A stretch of 63,888 bases of DNA, counting the filler, from Thraustochytrium aureum (lineage: Eukaryota): the NCBI GenBank assembly GCA_012862495.1. It is 5 parts of 3 records of this genome, joined end to end, with 100 filler letters (N's around TTAATTAATTAA, not from the genome) between each part and the next. Parts side by side here need not be neighbours in the genome. Positions count along the whole stretch, not along the records: positions 1 to 14,092 come from BLSG01000427.1; 4 more parts are not named here. The stretch is one strand, 5' to 3'. This document shows positions 1 through 11,470 of the stretch, piece after piece. The notes beneath the pieces were generated by a model. The model saw only the letters and a list, made by a program, of their open reading frames with translations, was not told where the DNA came from and searched no databases. The position numbers and the translations under genes are program-made. Position 1 is the stretch's first letter. Every line of letters begins with the position of its first letter.

Positions 1-257
1 AAAAGAGTATTGTTGGCTTGAATTGATTCAAGAAAGGTTATGCCAGCGATCTCCACGTACAGAACGATGCTGGTTGGAGCAAGCCTGGAAGTGGGAACAG
101 GCGCGGCAACGCCTTCAGCCAAGTCAACTTGTTTTCAATCAATGCCTGGGGCCTCCAAGTGAAGACCCTTCGGACCCTTTTGGGGGACTTCTCAGACACC
201 AAGCTTGGGGAGCTGCTATTTCGAATCCTGGATATGGCATCGCTACACATGCACACG

Positions 258-2066
258 CTACTGCGCTGTCATGCTCGAGCTACCTTCGACTGGCGCGCTC
301 CCGCCTATCGCCTTCCGCACTGTGACGCGCTTCGACTTGCTCAACCTGCTGGTCCTGACTGTCGAGTGCAGGACAAAGAGAATGTCGGGCGAGAAAACTG
401 CTCGGAGCACATTCTTGGCAATGAACACGCACAGGTTGAAGCTGAAGGAGAACAGCCGTCCCTGTACTGTGAAGGGCGAGCCCTCGATGCGAACGGCCGC
501 GTCCGGGACACCCAGGCCGAGGTAAACAAAATTCAATTGAACGAAGACCAGGACGAACGAGATTGGCCACATCATGACCAGCAACGCCTTTCGTCGAACA
601 GTATTGTGCACAGAGTCGAGAAAGAGCCCTTGCACGCTCAACACGCCCAGCGCGATGGCCGCAAAAGGAGGAAAGCCGTCCATGAGGCTTTGCAACGTAA
701 AAACCAAGCCGATAACGTTCGCGAATACGAACCCTGTCTCAAAGTGCGTGAAGACCCGGAACACAAACAGAGCATTGCCGTTCAGAATGCCAAAGACACC
801 TGGAAACACCCCCAAAAGTGTCAGATAACCAGAGTTTCTCCAGCCAGCAAAGAATGCAGGAATGGAGCTCCACGCCAGAGCGTTGCAGATGACGAAAGTT
901 ATCCCAAACAAGGGCTGATTGTGAACCCTTCTGACAAATGTGGCGGCCCTGGCACCCAAAAGCGAGCGAGCGATCGTGGCCCTGTAGTCAACCTTGAAGG
1001 GGAGGAGCGTGGGATACACTAAATGGCTTGCGTTTCGCACTTTGTTCTCTCGACTCGCTGAGGCCGTGTCCGCGGATTTTGTTGGGCCCTGCTCGGGGGT
1101 CGACGAGGTGCTGCTGGCCAACCCTGACCTAGGTGATGAATCCGTGCTGTGGCGTACGCCAGCCAGCCTTGTTGTGACAGGCCGTCGCACTTGCTTGACC
1201 TCTTTGCAGATCTGAATCTGGGAGCGGATCAGCACAAACGTTGCCGGGCGGAGGAGCGCGTTCAGGACAAACTTGATTGAGAATACAATCAGGGTTACGA
1301 CAGCCGACAGTATGCGATCGTAGATGTTGATTCGGATCCCAAGCACCCCAATAGACCCAGAACCCTCCGGGAGAAATCCATCAAGGGTGAGACACCACCC
1401 CAAATAGGACATGATGCTGATGATCGCCGTCATGTTCATGATGCTTACGCGTCTTCTCAGGCGCGGCGGCATCGCATCCACGAAGACGGCAGTTAGGCCC
1501 GGAACGCTGAAAAGTATGACAGCGAAGCGAGACGAGCCGGAGCGAAGCGAGACTGCGAGCCATCCGAAAAGCATAACCACGTTTGCTGCGACGACCTGGG
1601 CCTCGAACGTCCGTGCGATCACCCCGCACAGCTTGACATTGGCCGCAAGGCTGCCAAGCAGTTGGAATGGGAGAACAACGCAAGTCAAATAGCCGACGTT
1701 CGTGTCTCGATAAGCAGGGAAGATGCAGAGGCAGAGGGCCGTCCACGCAACGAAATGCGCCACGATTGACGCGAGGGACACAATCTTGTTTCGAAGCAAG
1801 GCGGACGCAATCGCCACCCCACATGGCCCAAGGATACGTTTTGCAAGCGTGTCGCGCGAATCGATCTCAAAAGGCACGAGCTTCGGCCGGCACGTGTACA
1901 CTGTGTGCGTTGCGTAGCTTGGCGTGGCGGCGTCGACCGGAACAACCTTGTTCGAGCCGTGCCTAGTCTCCGCCGGCGCCGCTTCCGCCGGCGCCGCCCC
2001 GGCCGGACCCGTCTCGGGTTCCGCGCTGCTCACCAGCGCCGCTGCGCCAGAGCAACTCGGCCGCAT
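258..2066 (-). CDS. Uncharacterised polytopic membrane protein made of two homologous halves
   Basis: Uninterrupted ORF (first ATG at 2066) with many hydrophobic segments. Halves align by eye: PKLVPFEIDSRDTLAKRILG / PTLLPFKVDYRATIARSLLG; RTFEAQVVAANV / THFETGFVFANV; FSIKFVLNALLRPATFVLIRS / FIAKNVLRAVFSPDILFVLHS. Confidence 0.8.
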   Translation of the reverse strand: MRPSCSGAAALVSSAEPETGPAGAAPAEAAPAETRHGSNKVVPVDAATPSYATHTVYTCRPKLVPFEIDSRDTLAKRILGPCGVAIASALLRNKIVSLASIVAHFVAWTALCLCIFPAYRDTNVGYLTCVVLPFQLLGSLAANVKLCGVIARTFEAQVVAANVVMLFGWLAVSLRSGSSRFAVILFSVPGLTAVFVDAMPPRLRRRVSIMNMTAIISIMSYLGWCLTLDGFLPEGSGSIGVLGIRINIYDRILSAVVTLIVFSIKFVLNALLRPATFVLIRSQIQICKEVKQVRRPVTTRLAGVRHSTDSSPRSGLASSTSSTPEQGPTKSADTASASRENKVRNASHLVYPTLLPFKVDYRATIARSLLGARAATFVRRVHNQPLFGITFVICNALAWSSIPAFFAGWRNSGYLTLLGVFPGVFGILNGNALFVFRVFTHFETGFVFANVIGLVFTLQSLMDGFPPFAAIALGVLSVQGLFLDSVHNTVRRKALLVMMWPISFVLVFVQLNFVYLGLGVPDAAVRIEGSPFTVQGRLFSFSFNLCVFIAKNVLRAVFSPDILFVLHSTVRTSRLSKSKRVTVRKAIGGSAPVEGSSSMTAQ

Positions 2067-2683
2067 CGTGCGAGCGCGATCGAGCACTGGCCATAGCTTG
2101 ATGGAAAGAGCCGTTGAGCGCAGCACGCATGATCACCTCGGTTTGCCTGCAGGGAAGCGGAGCATCACCATTTGAGAAAGACTCGGCCCTGCACGGGCCC
2201 GGTACCGCCGCCGTGGCTAGCCGCGCTGTTCCCATCTGTGCTGCGCACTTTTCAAGCTCTTGGCAGCAGCAGTCCCGTTGAACACGAGGCCGCCGCAGGT
2301 TACTCCAGCTCTTGAGCCCGAGAAGTGATCATCCTCACCCATCAAACAGGCGTCTCGTAGAAGCATCGTAAGGCGGGTATCTGTCAATGTTGCGTCACCC
2401 GGCGAAGTGCCGGTGCTCGAGTACTCGTAGCCTAACTTTTTTTTTAAATTGGCCGCCGCACTGGCTGGACTTGGGTCTCTTCGACGAGCAGCTCCTGGCG
2501 TGCAGTGCACACTGGCCATGTGCGGGATTTCTGGTACGAGTCCGGTTCCTAGGGACCGGTATGGGGTATCTTCAGCACGCGGTTTCTGTCGCATACCGGG
2601 TGGGTTGCCCGCTTCAGCCTGCAACCCAAGTATTTGAGAGCCCTCTCCGTGGTATTTCTCGAATCACCCACGCCAGCGGTCCA

Positions 2684-3525
2684 TCAAAATGCGAAGACAT
2701 GGGTGCTTGGCCCGAGATCTGCGTTCAGACGCAGCCCCTGGCGATTTCCAAAAGTTCCAGCGACAATAGAAACAAGCGAGAACGACGCAAACTGGGCACT
2801 CTGGGCCAGAGCGGAAGCACCGCTCGCCTCATTTTGCTCAGAGACGTTGTCAAGGGTACCAGCTGTTGCAGAACCTGACGCGATTCCGACTTGTTGCTCC
2901 GCGCTGCCAGTTACCGAAGCGCATGCGCTGCTTCTGCTACAGGCGTTCGCAGCGGCATTCTCCGCGGTACGCGCTTGTGCGTCCCGTTGCAGCGCCGCCC
3001 ATCGCCGCACGCGCGCCTCCATGGTCGCGTCGACGAGGGCAGACAACTGGAGAAAGACGCGCTCAACGCGCCTTCGCTCCGCCTTTGAGAGCACCGCGCC
3101 CTGCGCGTGTGTTGGCACGCCGCGCTTGTCAAAAGCCGAGAACTCGTGCCACGGTCCCGGCGCAGGGACGCAAAACACAGCGAGTTGATCATAGAGGTCT
3201 TCAACCCGAAAGAGCTCTTGCAAAGCGCCGCGGATCAGGCTTGCTTCCAGGAGCGCCAGGAACTGGCAGTACACGCCAAAGCCCTCGTCTCGCCCAAGCT
3301 GGGCGCGGTACTTGATGGATTTCCCCTTCACTTGTGCCGTGAGGCAAGCCTGCGGCACCACCATGAGCTCTTGGCGGACGCCGCTGCACAGCAGCTTCAG
3401 AATAGACTGCACCCTGTTTTCGTCGCCCCATTCGCCGGCGGTCGACAACGGCAGGTTGACTGCACTCCACGCTGCCTTTTCCACGCTGGCTGGAGAACAG
3501 CCCTCAGCGAGACTCAGTACAGCAC
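2684..3525 (-). CDS. Hypothetical protein (5' end in gap) with a motif resembling the eukaryotic CysRS C-terminal extension
   Basis: Frame is open up to the gap at 3526. Contains FSAFDKRGVPTHAQGAVLSKAERRRVERVF. Confidence 0.55.
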
Positions 3526-4294
3526 NNNNNNNNNNNNNNNNNNNNNNNNNNNNNNNNNNNNNNNNNNNNNNNNNNNNNNNNNNNNNNNNNNNNNNNNNNN
3601 NNNNNNNNNNNNNNNNNNNNNNNNNNNNNNNNNNNNNNNNNNNNNNNNNNNNNNNNNNNNNNNNNNNNNNNNNNNNNNNNNNNNNNNNNNNNNNNNNNNN
3701 NNNNNNNNNNNNNNNNNNNNNNNNNNNNNNNNNNNNNNNNNNNNNNNNNNNNNNNNNNNNNNNNNNNNNNNNNNNNNNNNNNNNNNNNNNNNNNNNNNNN
3801 NNNNNNNNNNNNNNNNNNNNNNNNNNNNNNNNNNNNNNNNNNNNNNNNNNNNNNNNNNNNNNNNNNNNNNNNNNNNNNNNNNNNNNNNNNNNNNNNNNNN
3901 NNNNNNNNNNNNNNNNNNNNNNNNNNNNNNNNNNNNNNNNNNNNNNNNNNNNNNNNNNNNNNNNNNNNNNNNNNNNNNNNNNNNNNNNNNNNNNNNNNNN
4001 NNNNNNNNNNNNNNNNNNNNNNNNNNNNNNNNNNNNNNNNNNNNNNNNNNNNNNNNNNNNNNNNNNNNNNNNNNNNNNNNNNNNNNNNNNNNNNNNNNNN
4101 NNNNNNNNNNNNNNNNNNNNNNNNNNNNNNNNNNNNNNNNNNNNNNNNNNNNNNNNNNNNNNNNNNNNNNNNNNNNNNNNNNNNNNNNNNNNNNNNNNNN
4201 NNNNNNNNNNNNNNNNNNNNNNNNNNNNNNNNNNNNNNNNNNNNNNNNNNNNNNNNNNNNNNNNNNNNNNNNNNNNNNNNNNNNNNNNNNNNNN

Positions 4295-7200
4295 TGTGCG
4301 GGAGCGGCGTGAACACGACGGTGCTGGAGCCCGATGGGGAAGGCGTGAGCCTCTGCTTTAGGGGGATTATTTTCCTGGGGCTGCCCACGCTGTTTGCGTA
4401 CGGGGGGTTTTGCTTTGCACATGTGCAGGAGATGAAGGTGCGGCATAAGAAGACCATGTTCCCGATCGGGCTCGCGGTGCGTTGCCTCGGTGCGCTGGAC
4501 TGGGTCAGGCTGGTTTTGTTCTTGTTCACGGCGGTTGCCCCGTCCCTGTTTTACGCTTTCGAGCGCAAGCAATGGGACAACGATGAGGAGACGAGCTCGC
4601 TGCCGCCCTACCGCGCGATCGAGCTGTTCGCGATGTCGCTCGTGCCCTGGGGCGTTCTGGCGCCGAGCTGGGTGCTGCACGAGGTCAGGCGCGGGTCTGA
4701 GGAGTGGTTGTGGCTGCGTCTCTTCACGCTGATCGCGTTGGTTGGCGAGTCGCTGCGGTTCTGGTCAGATCTGCGCAACCTGGACGAGGACTATGCAAGC
4801 GAGGCCCACCGGCGATTTGCGTTGTGGACCGGGGCCAGCAACTTGACGCTGAAAGTTTGCGCCTCGTTCGCTGTGGTCTGCTTCAATCGCAACTGGCGGC
4901 GGCTGCGGGAGGCGCTGCGATCGTACGCCCAGGTGCACGGCGAAGGACTCCGAGACAGCTTGATCCAAGTCCACAACGAGTCGTTCATCGAGGCCTCCGA
5001 CGGCCTTGGTGACTCGGCCGAGCAGGATGCGGAAGCCGGGGCCGCCTCGGCGTCCAGCACGCTGGAACGGACGCCGGAGCAGTACGCCGGCCTCTTTTCG
5101 CGTATCTGCTTCTTCTGGCTCGAGCCGTTCATGGTCACTGGATTCAAGCGCGAGCTGGAAGAGAACGACTTTTTCAAGCTGCTGCGAGAAGACGAGGTCC
5201 AGTTGCTGCAGCGCAAGTTTAGCGAGTCGCTCAAAGGCGCGCAGGCGGAGCGCGACGCGAAGCGCAGAGAGGAAGCCGCCTCGGCCACCGTCAGCCCGGG
5301 GGACGAGGCATCGTACGCCCGACTTGCGAGCGATGAGAGCGACGAATCGGACCAAAGTGCTGGTGCGGAGGCGGCCGGCGACGGGGGCGCAGAGCAGACC
5401 GATAAAAAGGCGAACTCGCGCGAGATCGACGCCAAGGAGGGCGATTTGCGGACGATTCTCCTGGGCCTGCACCGCTCGGGGGTTTTGACCCCGTTTTACG
5501 AGGCGGCGTTTTTCAAGCTGATCTACGACTCGCTCTTGTTTGTGAGTCCACAGCTCCTGCGCCTGCTCATCTCGTTCTTGACGCAGGAAGAGGACGCCGT
5601 CTCGTCGCACAAAGGATACGTGTACGTAGGGCTTATGTTTGTGACAGCCGCGACGCAGACTTTTGTGCTTCACGTCTACTTTCACAAGGTCTTCCGAACG
5701 GGAATGCGCGTGCGCGCCTCGCTGCTGACAACCGTGTACCGCAAGGCGCTTCGCCTCACGCCGTCCGCGCGCCAGAAGCGTACGACTGGGGAGGTTGTCA
5801 ACCTCATGAGCGCGGATTGCGAGAGGCTCAACGGCATGTTCCCGTACCTGCACGTGCTCTGGAGCTCGCCGTACCAGGTTATCCTCTCTCTGTTTTTCCT
5901 GTGGCGGGAGCTCAAGTACGCCGTCGTCGTGGCCGTGGCCGTGATCTTTCTTTTCATGACGCCGCTCACCGCGTTCGTGGCCGGGCGGATCAAGGTTTTG
6001 CAGGCCAAGCTCATGAAGGTCAAGGACAACCGCATCCGGGCCACAGGCGAAGCCATCACCTCGATCAAGGTCATCAAGCTGTACGGCTGGGAGCGCGCCT
6101 TTCGCGAGCAGGTTGGCGACGCCCGAGAAGACGAGTTGCGCCTCCTCCGCAAGTACGTCATTTGGCGCGCTGTGGCGCGGACGCTGTGGTCCGCGACCCC
6201 AATTATGGTCACGCTTTGCACGTTCGCCGCGTTTGTCGCCTTTGGCGGCACGCTCGACGCTGCGACGGCATTCACGTCGCTCAGTCTGCTCAATATCCTG
6301 CGCTTCCCTCTCGCCGTCCTCCCCAACATGGTGAACAGCGCCGTGGAGGCCTCGGTGTCTTTGCGGCGCATCTCCAACTTCTTGGACTCGGAGGAGCTCG
6401 ACCTGCAGGCCCGCGAAGTGTCGCGCAAGCAAGCCTCGGTGCCGCGAAACACAGCGGTGGTGGTCCGCAATGGCAACTTTTTTTGGGACGACAAGCTCAA
6501 GGCGGCAGCGCTCAAGGACATCGAGCTCGATATCCCGCAAGGCAGCCTGACGATCGTCACTGGCGAAGTAGGCGCGGGCAAGTCTGCGCTGCTGCAAGCG
6601 CTGATCGGCGAGCTGCAGGCCGCGGGCACGGGCGACCAGGCCGGGGCGGCCCCGATCCCGGCTGTTGGTATCAACGGCTCGATCGCGTACGCTGCGCAGG
6701 TCCCCTGGATCCAGAATGCTTCCCTGCGCGATAACATCCTCTTTGGGAGCGCCTACGACCGTGACTGGTACAACCATGTTATCTTCAGCTGCTCGCTCAC
6801 CGACGACCTGGGGCAGCTGCCCGACGGCGATGCGACAGAGATCGGCGAGCGCGGGATCAACTTGTCGGGCGGCCAAAAGGCGCGCGTGGCACTGGCTCGC
6901 GCAGTGTACTCGCGTGCTGACGTACTCCTTCTCGAGACCTGCTTTGAGGCCGTCGACGAGCACGTCGGCGCGTTTCTGTGGCAGAACTGTTTCCGCGGCA
7001 TCCTCACCGAGCCCAACCCGACGACCGGGAGGAAGCGCACTGTTATCCTGGTCACCCATGCGCTCAAGTACGTGCACGACGCGGATTTGGTCCTGGTGAT
7101 GAAGGCTGGCCGGATCGCCGAACGCGGCAAGTACGACGACATTGTTGAGGACCCCAACTCGGAGCTGGCTCGGCTGTCTGTCCGCGTCGACCAGAACGCC

Positions 7201-9452
7201 CGCGAGGCGCGGCGCAAGCAGCGCGAAGCGGCCGAAGCGGGCGAAGAGGGCGAAGAGGGGGCGGGNNNNNNNNNNNNNNNNNNNNNNNNNNNNNNNNNNN
7301 NNNNNNNNNNNNNNNNNNNNNNNNNNNNNNNNNNNNNNNNNNNNNNNNNNNNNNNNNNNNNNNNNNNNNNNNNNNNNNNNNNNNNNNNNNNNNNNNNNNN
7401 NNNNNNNNNNNNGCGGTCGGCGAGGTAAGCTGGTCGGTGTACCGCCAGTACATGAACGCCGTCGGCGGGCCTTGCGTCGTCGCGTCGGTGTTCCTCGGTC
7501 TCCTCGTGCGCACTGCGTTAGACTCGGGAACGTCTGCCTGGCTCGCCTTTTGGTCGAGCCACAGCAAGAAGAAGGCGAGCGAGGCGATCGGCGCGTTTCT
7601 CTATTCAGCGCCTGAAAACGTCACGGACGCAGGGGCCTTTGCCGCAGCGAGCTTTGACGCGGTTCGGCTGGGCTCTGCGCGGCTCTTGGCTGCCGGGCTC
7701 GACCCCACGTCGTTCGCCTCCACCGGAATGCTCCTGGACTCGGGGGCGCTCGGGTTTGCTTCGCCCTCGGCGTTTTCGAGCGATGCCGGTGCCTGGAACG
7801 GCACGCGCAGCGTTGCAGGTGCGCTGGGCGCCGCTCCGCTCGCGGAATCCGAGCACGGAACTGGTTTCTACTTGGGGATTTACACTGCGCTGTCTCTGGG
7901 CAGTCTTGTTTTCATCGGCTGCCTGACGCTCTACATCGCCATGGTGGCGCTCTCCGCGTCGCGCTCCATGCACTCGCTCATGCTCAACGCGGTGTGCAGA
8001 TCGCCCATGGCGTTCTTCGACACGACCCCCATCGGGCGGATCTTGAACCGTTTCTCCAAGGAAATCTACACCATCGACGAGACCTTGCCGGATTCGCTTT
8101 ACTCGTTCATTTCGACGCTGTTCAACGTTTTCGGGACGGTGGCGACAATCAGCGCGGTGACGCCGCCGTTCCTGATCATTCTGCCGTTCATGCTCGTGGC
8201 ATACATGCGCATCCAGCGCTACTACATCGCCACCAGCCGCCAGGTGCAGCGCTGGGATTCGGTGCAGCGGTCGCCGATTTACAGCCACTTCAGCGAGTCG
8301 CTGGACGGGGTGACCACAATCCGCGCCTACGCAGCCTCGCGCCGGTTTGCCTCGCACAACCAGCACCAGCTCGAGACCCAGCTGGGGTGCTACTACATGT
8401 CTGTCAGCATGAACCGCTGGCTCGCGGTGCGCCTCGAGTTCATCGGGACCTGCCTCGTCATGTTCACCTCCCTCTTCGTTGTGCTGATGAGCGACAGCAT
8501 TGACGCCTCGTTCGGCGCTCTCGCCATCTCGTACTCGCTGAGTGTCACGCAGACCATGAACTGGGTCACGCGCATGTCGGCCGAGGTGGAGAACAACATC
8601 GTCTCCGTCGAACGCCTCAACGAGTACATCGAGCTGCCCTCCGAGGCGCCCGAGGCTGACCCTGAACCGGCCAGCGTGCCCCCGCCGAGCGAAGCCTGGC
8701 CGTCCAAGGGCGAGATCGTGTTTGAGGACGTACACGCGCGCTACCGCCCGGGCCTCGAAGAGGTGATCAAGGGCGTCTCGTTCCGGGTCTTGGGCGGCGA
8801 AAAGGTGGGCGTCGTGGGGCGCACTGGGTCTGGCAAGTCGACTCTGCTCAACATTGTTTTGCGCATTATCGAGCCCAGCGGGGGGCGTATCCTCATCGAC
8901 GGGTACGACATCACCAAGTTTGGCTTGGAGCGTCTGCGGTCCTCGTGCGCGATCATTCCGCAGGACCCGGTCATGTTCTCGGCCACCCTGCGGCGCAACT
9001 TGGACCCGCGCGACCAGTTCTCCGACCAAGACATCTGGCGTGCGCTCGAGATCACGCAGCTTCGCCCGCATGTAGAATCGCTTGTCAGCGCCGGCGAGGA
9101 CGCTCTGGCCGTGGAGATCTCTGAGGGTGGCTCCAACTTTAGTTTTGGGCAGCGGCAGCTGATTTCCATCACGCGGGCCGTCCTGCGGCGCTGCCGCGTC
9201 ATCTTCTTGGACGAGGCCACGAGTGGGATCGACGCTGCGAGCGACGAGGCGATCCAGCGCACTATCCGCACCGAGTTCAAGGACTGCACGGTGATCACCA
9301 TCGCCCACCGCTTGACGACGATTGTGGACGGGGACAAAATCTTGGTCATGGACAACGGCTTGTTGGCCGAGTACGACTCTCCTGCCCGCCTGCTGGCGGA
9401 CGAGGAGAGTCTGTTTTCCAAGCTCTGGGCGCAAATGGGTGAAGACGCTTGA
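4295..9452 (+). CDS. ABC transporter subfamily C (MRP-like, long form with N-terminal TM region); 5' end and internal linker fall in gaps
   Basis: ORFs 4309-7428 and 7437-9452 flank the gap at 7266-7412. NBD1 has GEVGAGKS and GERGINLSGGQKAR. TMD2 has FFDTTPIGRILNRFSKE and RWLAVRLE. NBD2 has GRTGSGKS, NFSFGQRQL, LDEATS and IAHRL. Confidence 0.95.
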
Positions 9453-9676
9453 TTCTTTCGCTCTTCGATTACTCGGTAGTGAGTGAGTTCTACCACCTTT
9501 CATTTCGATCCCGTGTTGTCCCGAGCCTTGTAGGCTCCAGAAGCAGAGTGCCCTTTATAAAAAAATTGGAAACCCGGGCAAGTCCTTCGAGCGAGGCCGC
9601 TCCCGGGGCGGCATGGGCGCTCTGAGCCGGTCCCGCTGCTCCCTGCGTGGCAACAAGGCACTGCGTGTTCCTGCTC

Positions 9677-10729
9677 CTACTGCGCTTTTTTAACTTTGTC
9701 GCTGTCCTCCATGTCCGAGTGCTCGCTGTCGCTCCGCTCGTCCTTGAGGTCGCTCCCGGCGATGACCTTGATCACCGCCTTGCAGAGCAGCATCCACCAA
9801 AAGACCTGGAGAATCTGCAGCACAGTCACGAGCGCAATACACATGATTGTCTCGACGCCAACGCGCTCTGCATACTCGAAAAAGTTGAAGGGCTCGTTCG
9901 GGGGCGACTTGGACTTGTACAGCTCCACGTAGACACTCCAGACCACGTACGGGTAGAGCATCATCCGCGTCACGGTGAAGACCACGGCGAAGATGGCGAA
10001 GAACGCGTCCGCGATGTTGGACCAGCTCAGCAGCCCTGTCTGGGGCCCGCGCACCTCTTTGAGATAGACAAACTGCTTGGCAAGGTGGAGCGGCGGGTCG
10101 GCGATGTCCAGCAAGACCATGATGATGCAGCCGACACGGACGAAGCCGTACGTGTAGCTGAGGAAGATCAGGACACAGGTCACCGAGTGGTGGATCTGCA
10201 TTTCCAAAAAGTCCTTGCGCTTCGGCTCGAGGAACACCATGATGAACCCTTGAAAGTAGCGCGCGCAGTAGGCGATGTAGAAGAAGGTCACGTCGTCCGC
10301 GATGAACCTGTTGTCGGGCTGGTGGAGCCACCAGTTGGTGCTGGGCCACGTCCACGACTGCGGGCCCACGACCCGCAAGCCCATCGCAAAGTAGCAGCTG
10401 TAGAAGAGGGTCTCCATCGTGCTCTGGGCAAACTTGACCACCCTGGAGTGGGTCACTTTGCGCTTGCGTTGGGCGTTGAACAGCATCAAGAGGCGCGCCA
10501 GCGGTTGCACCAGCACCGTGCGCACTCCAAAGTTGAGCACCAGCTGGGCCAGGGTCAGCTCGAGGAACATCGCCCACGGCCACGGCCGGTTTGGCCCAGC
10601 AGCGTGGTCGGGCGACGGGAGCGCCTCACCGGTCTCCAGCGTGCGGTAAAACGCGGACCCAAGGCGTAACGCCATCTCATGGCCTTGCTCCCACCACGCC
10701 GCGTCCATCACGACCTTCAGCTCTTCCAT
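9677..10729 (-). CDS. LAG1: Ceramide synthase (Lag1/TLC domain)
   Basis: Lag1p motif KRKDFLEMQIHHSVTCVLIFLSY...G.....LDIAD..L..AK and the typical acidic tail DERSDSE. Confidence 0.92.
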   Translation of the reverse strand: MEELKVVMDAAWWEQGHEMALRLGSAFYRTLETGEALPSPDHAAGPNRPWPWAMFLELTLAQLVLNFGVRTVLVQPLARLLMLFNAQRKRKVTHSRVVKFAQSTMETLFYSCYFAMGLRVVGPQSWTWPSTNWWLHQPDNRFIADDVTFFYIAYCARYFQGFIMVFLEPKRKDFLEMQIHHSVTCVLIFLSYTYGFVRVGCIIMVLLDIADPPLHLAKQFVYLKEVRGPQTGLLSWSNIADAFFAIFAVVFTVTRMMLYPYVVWSVYVELYKSKSPPNEPFNFFEYAERVGVETIMCIALVTVLQILQVFWWMLLCKAVIKVIAGSDLKDERSDSEHSDMEDSDKVKKAQ

Positions 10730-10928
10730 GGCGCCCTCGCCGCCTCAGCCCTTCGCCTGCGCGCGCCTTGGACAGCGCCACCGACCGCACTCACTCACTG
10801 CCTCGCAGTCAGTCAGAGCCGTAGTGAAGCAAGCGACTGGCCACCGCAGAGGCGCGCCGCTCGCTGCCCAAGTCCTGCGCCTCCGGCTCTGCTGCTTCGC
10901 GCACTGCCTGCCTTTGCCTTTGCCTCCA

Positions 10929-10950
10929 GCCTGCCTGCCTGCCTGCCTGC
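10929..10950. repeat. (GCCT)n microsatellite in divergent intergenic region
   Basis: gcctgcctgcctgcctgcctgc. Confidence 0.8.
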
Positions 10951-11470
10951 TTGGCGCGCATGCAAGCAGGGCTGTGCTGCCAGGAGCGGAGTGCGCAGAT
11001 CTGCCGAGCGCATGCTTCGGCGCAGAAAACCCACGCCGCAAAAGGGGCAATTGACCCTGTCGCGGAATACACGTTTTCGACGGTGCAGCGCGCATACAAG
11101 CCAGACCCATGCCCTCCTCGCGCCCGTTCACGNNNNNNNNNNNNNNNNNNNNNNNNNNNNNNNNNNNNNNNNNNNNNNNNNNNNNNNNNNNNNNNNNNNN
11201 NNNNNNNNNNNNNNNNNNNNNNNNNNNNNNNNNNNNNNNNNNNNNNNNNNNNNNNNNNNNNNNNNNNNNNNNNNNNNNNNNNNNNNNNNNNNNNNNNNNN
11301 NNNNNNNNNNNNNNNNNNNNNNNNNNNNNNNNNNNNNNNNNNNNNNNNNNNNNNNNNNNNNNNNNNNNNNNNNNNNNNNNNNNNNNNNNNNNNNNNNNNN
11401 NNNNNNNNNNNNNNNNNNNNNNNNNNNNCGCGCTGGCGGCTGTCCGGGGGCCCGTTCTGGCGCGCCAGGG

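Noticed and set aside
3107..4680. Long ORFs spanning N runs (also near 18-19, 25, 36, 58 and 60 kb)
   Set aside because: Their length is due to X translation through gaps.
4765..9503. Long antisense ORFs (770 aa and 632 aa) over the ABC transporter, and similar shadows elsewhere
   Set aside because: Expected by-product of GC-rich codon bias; no recognisable motifs.
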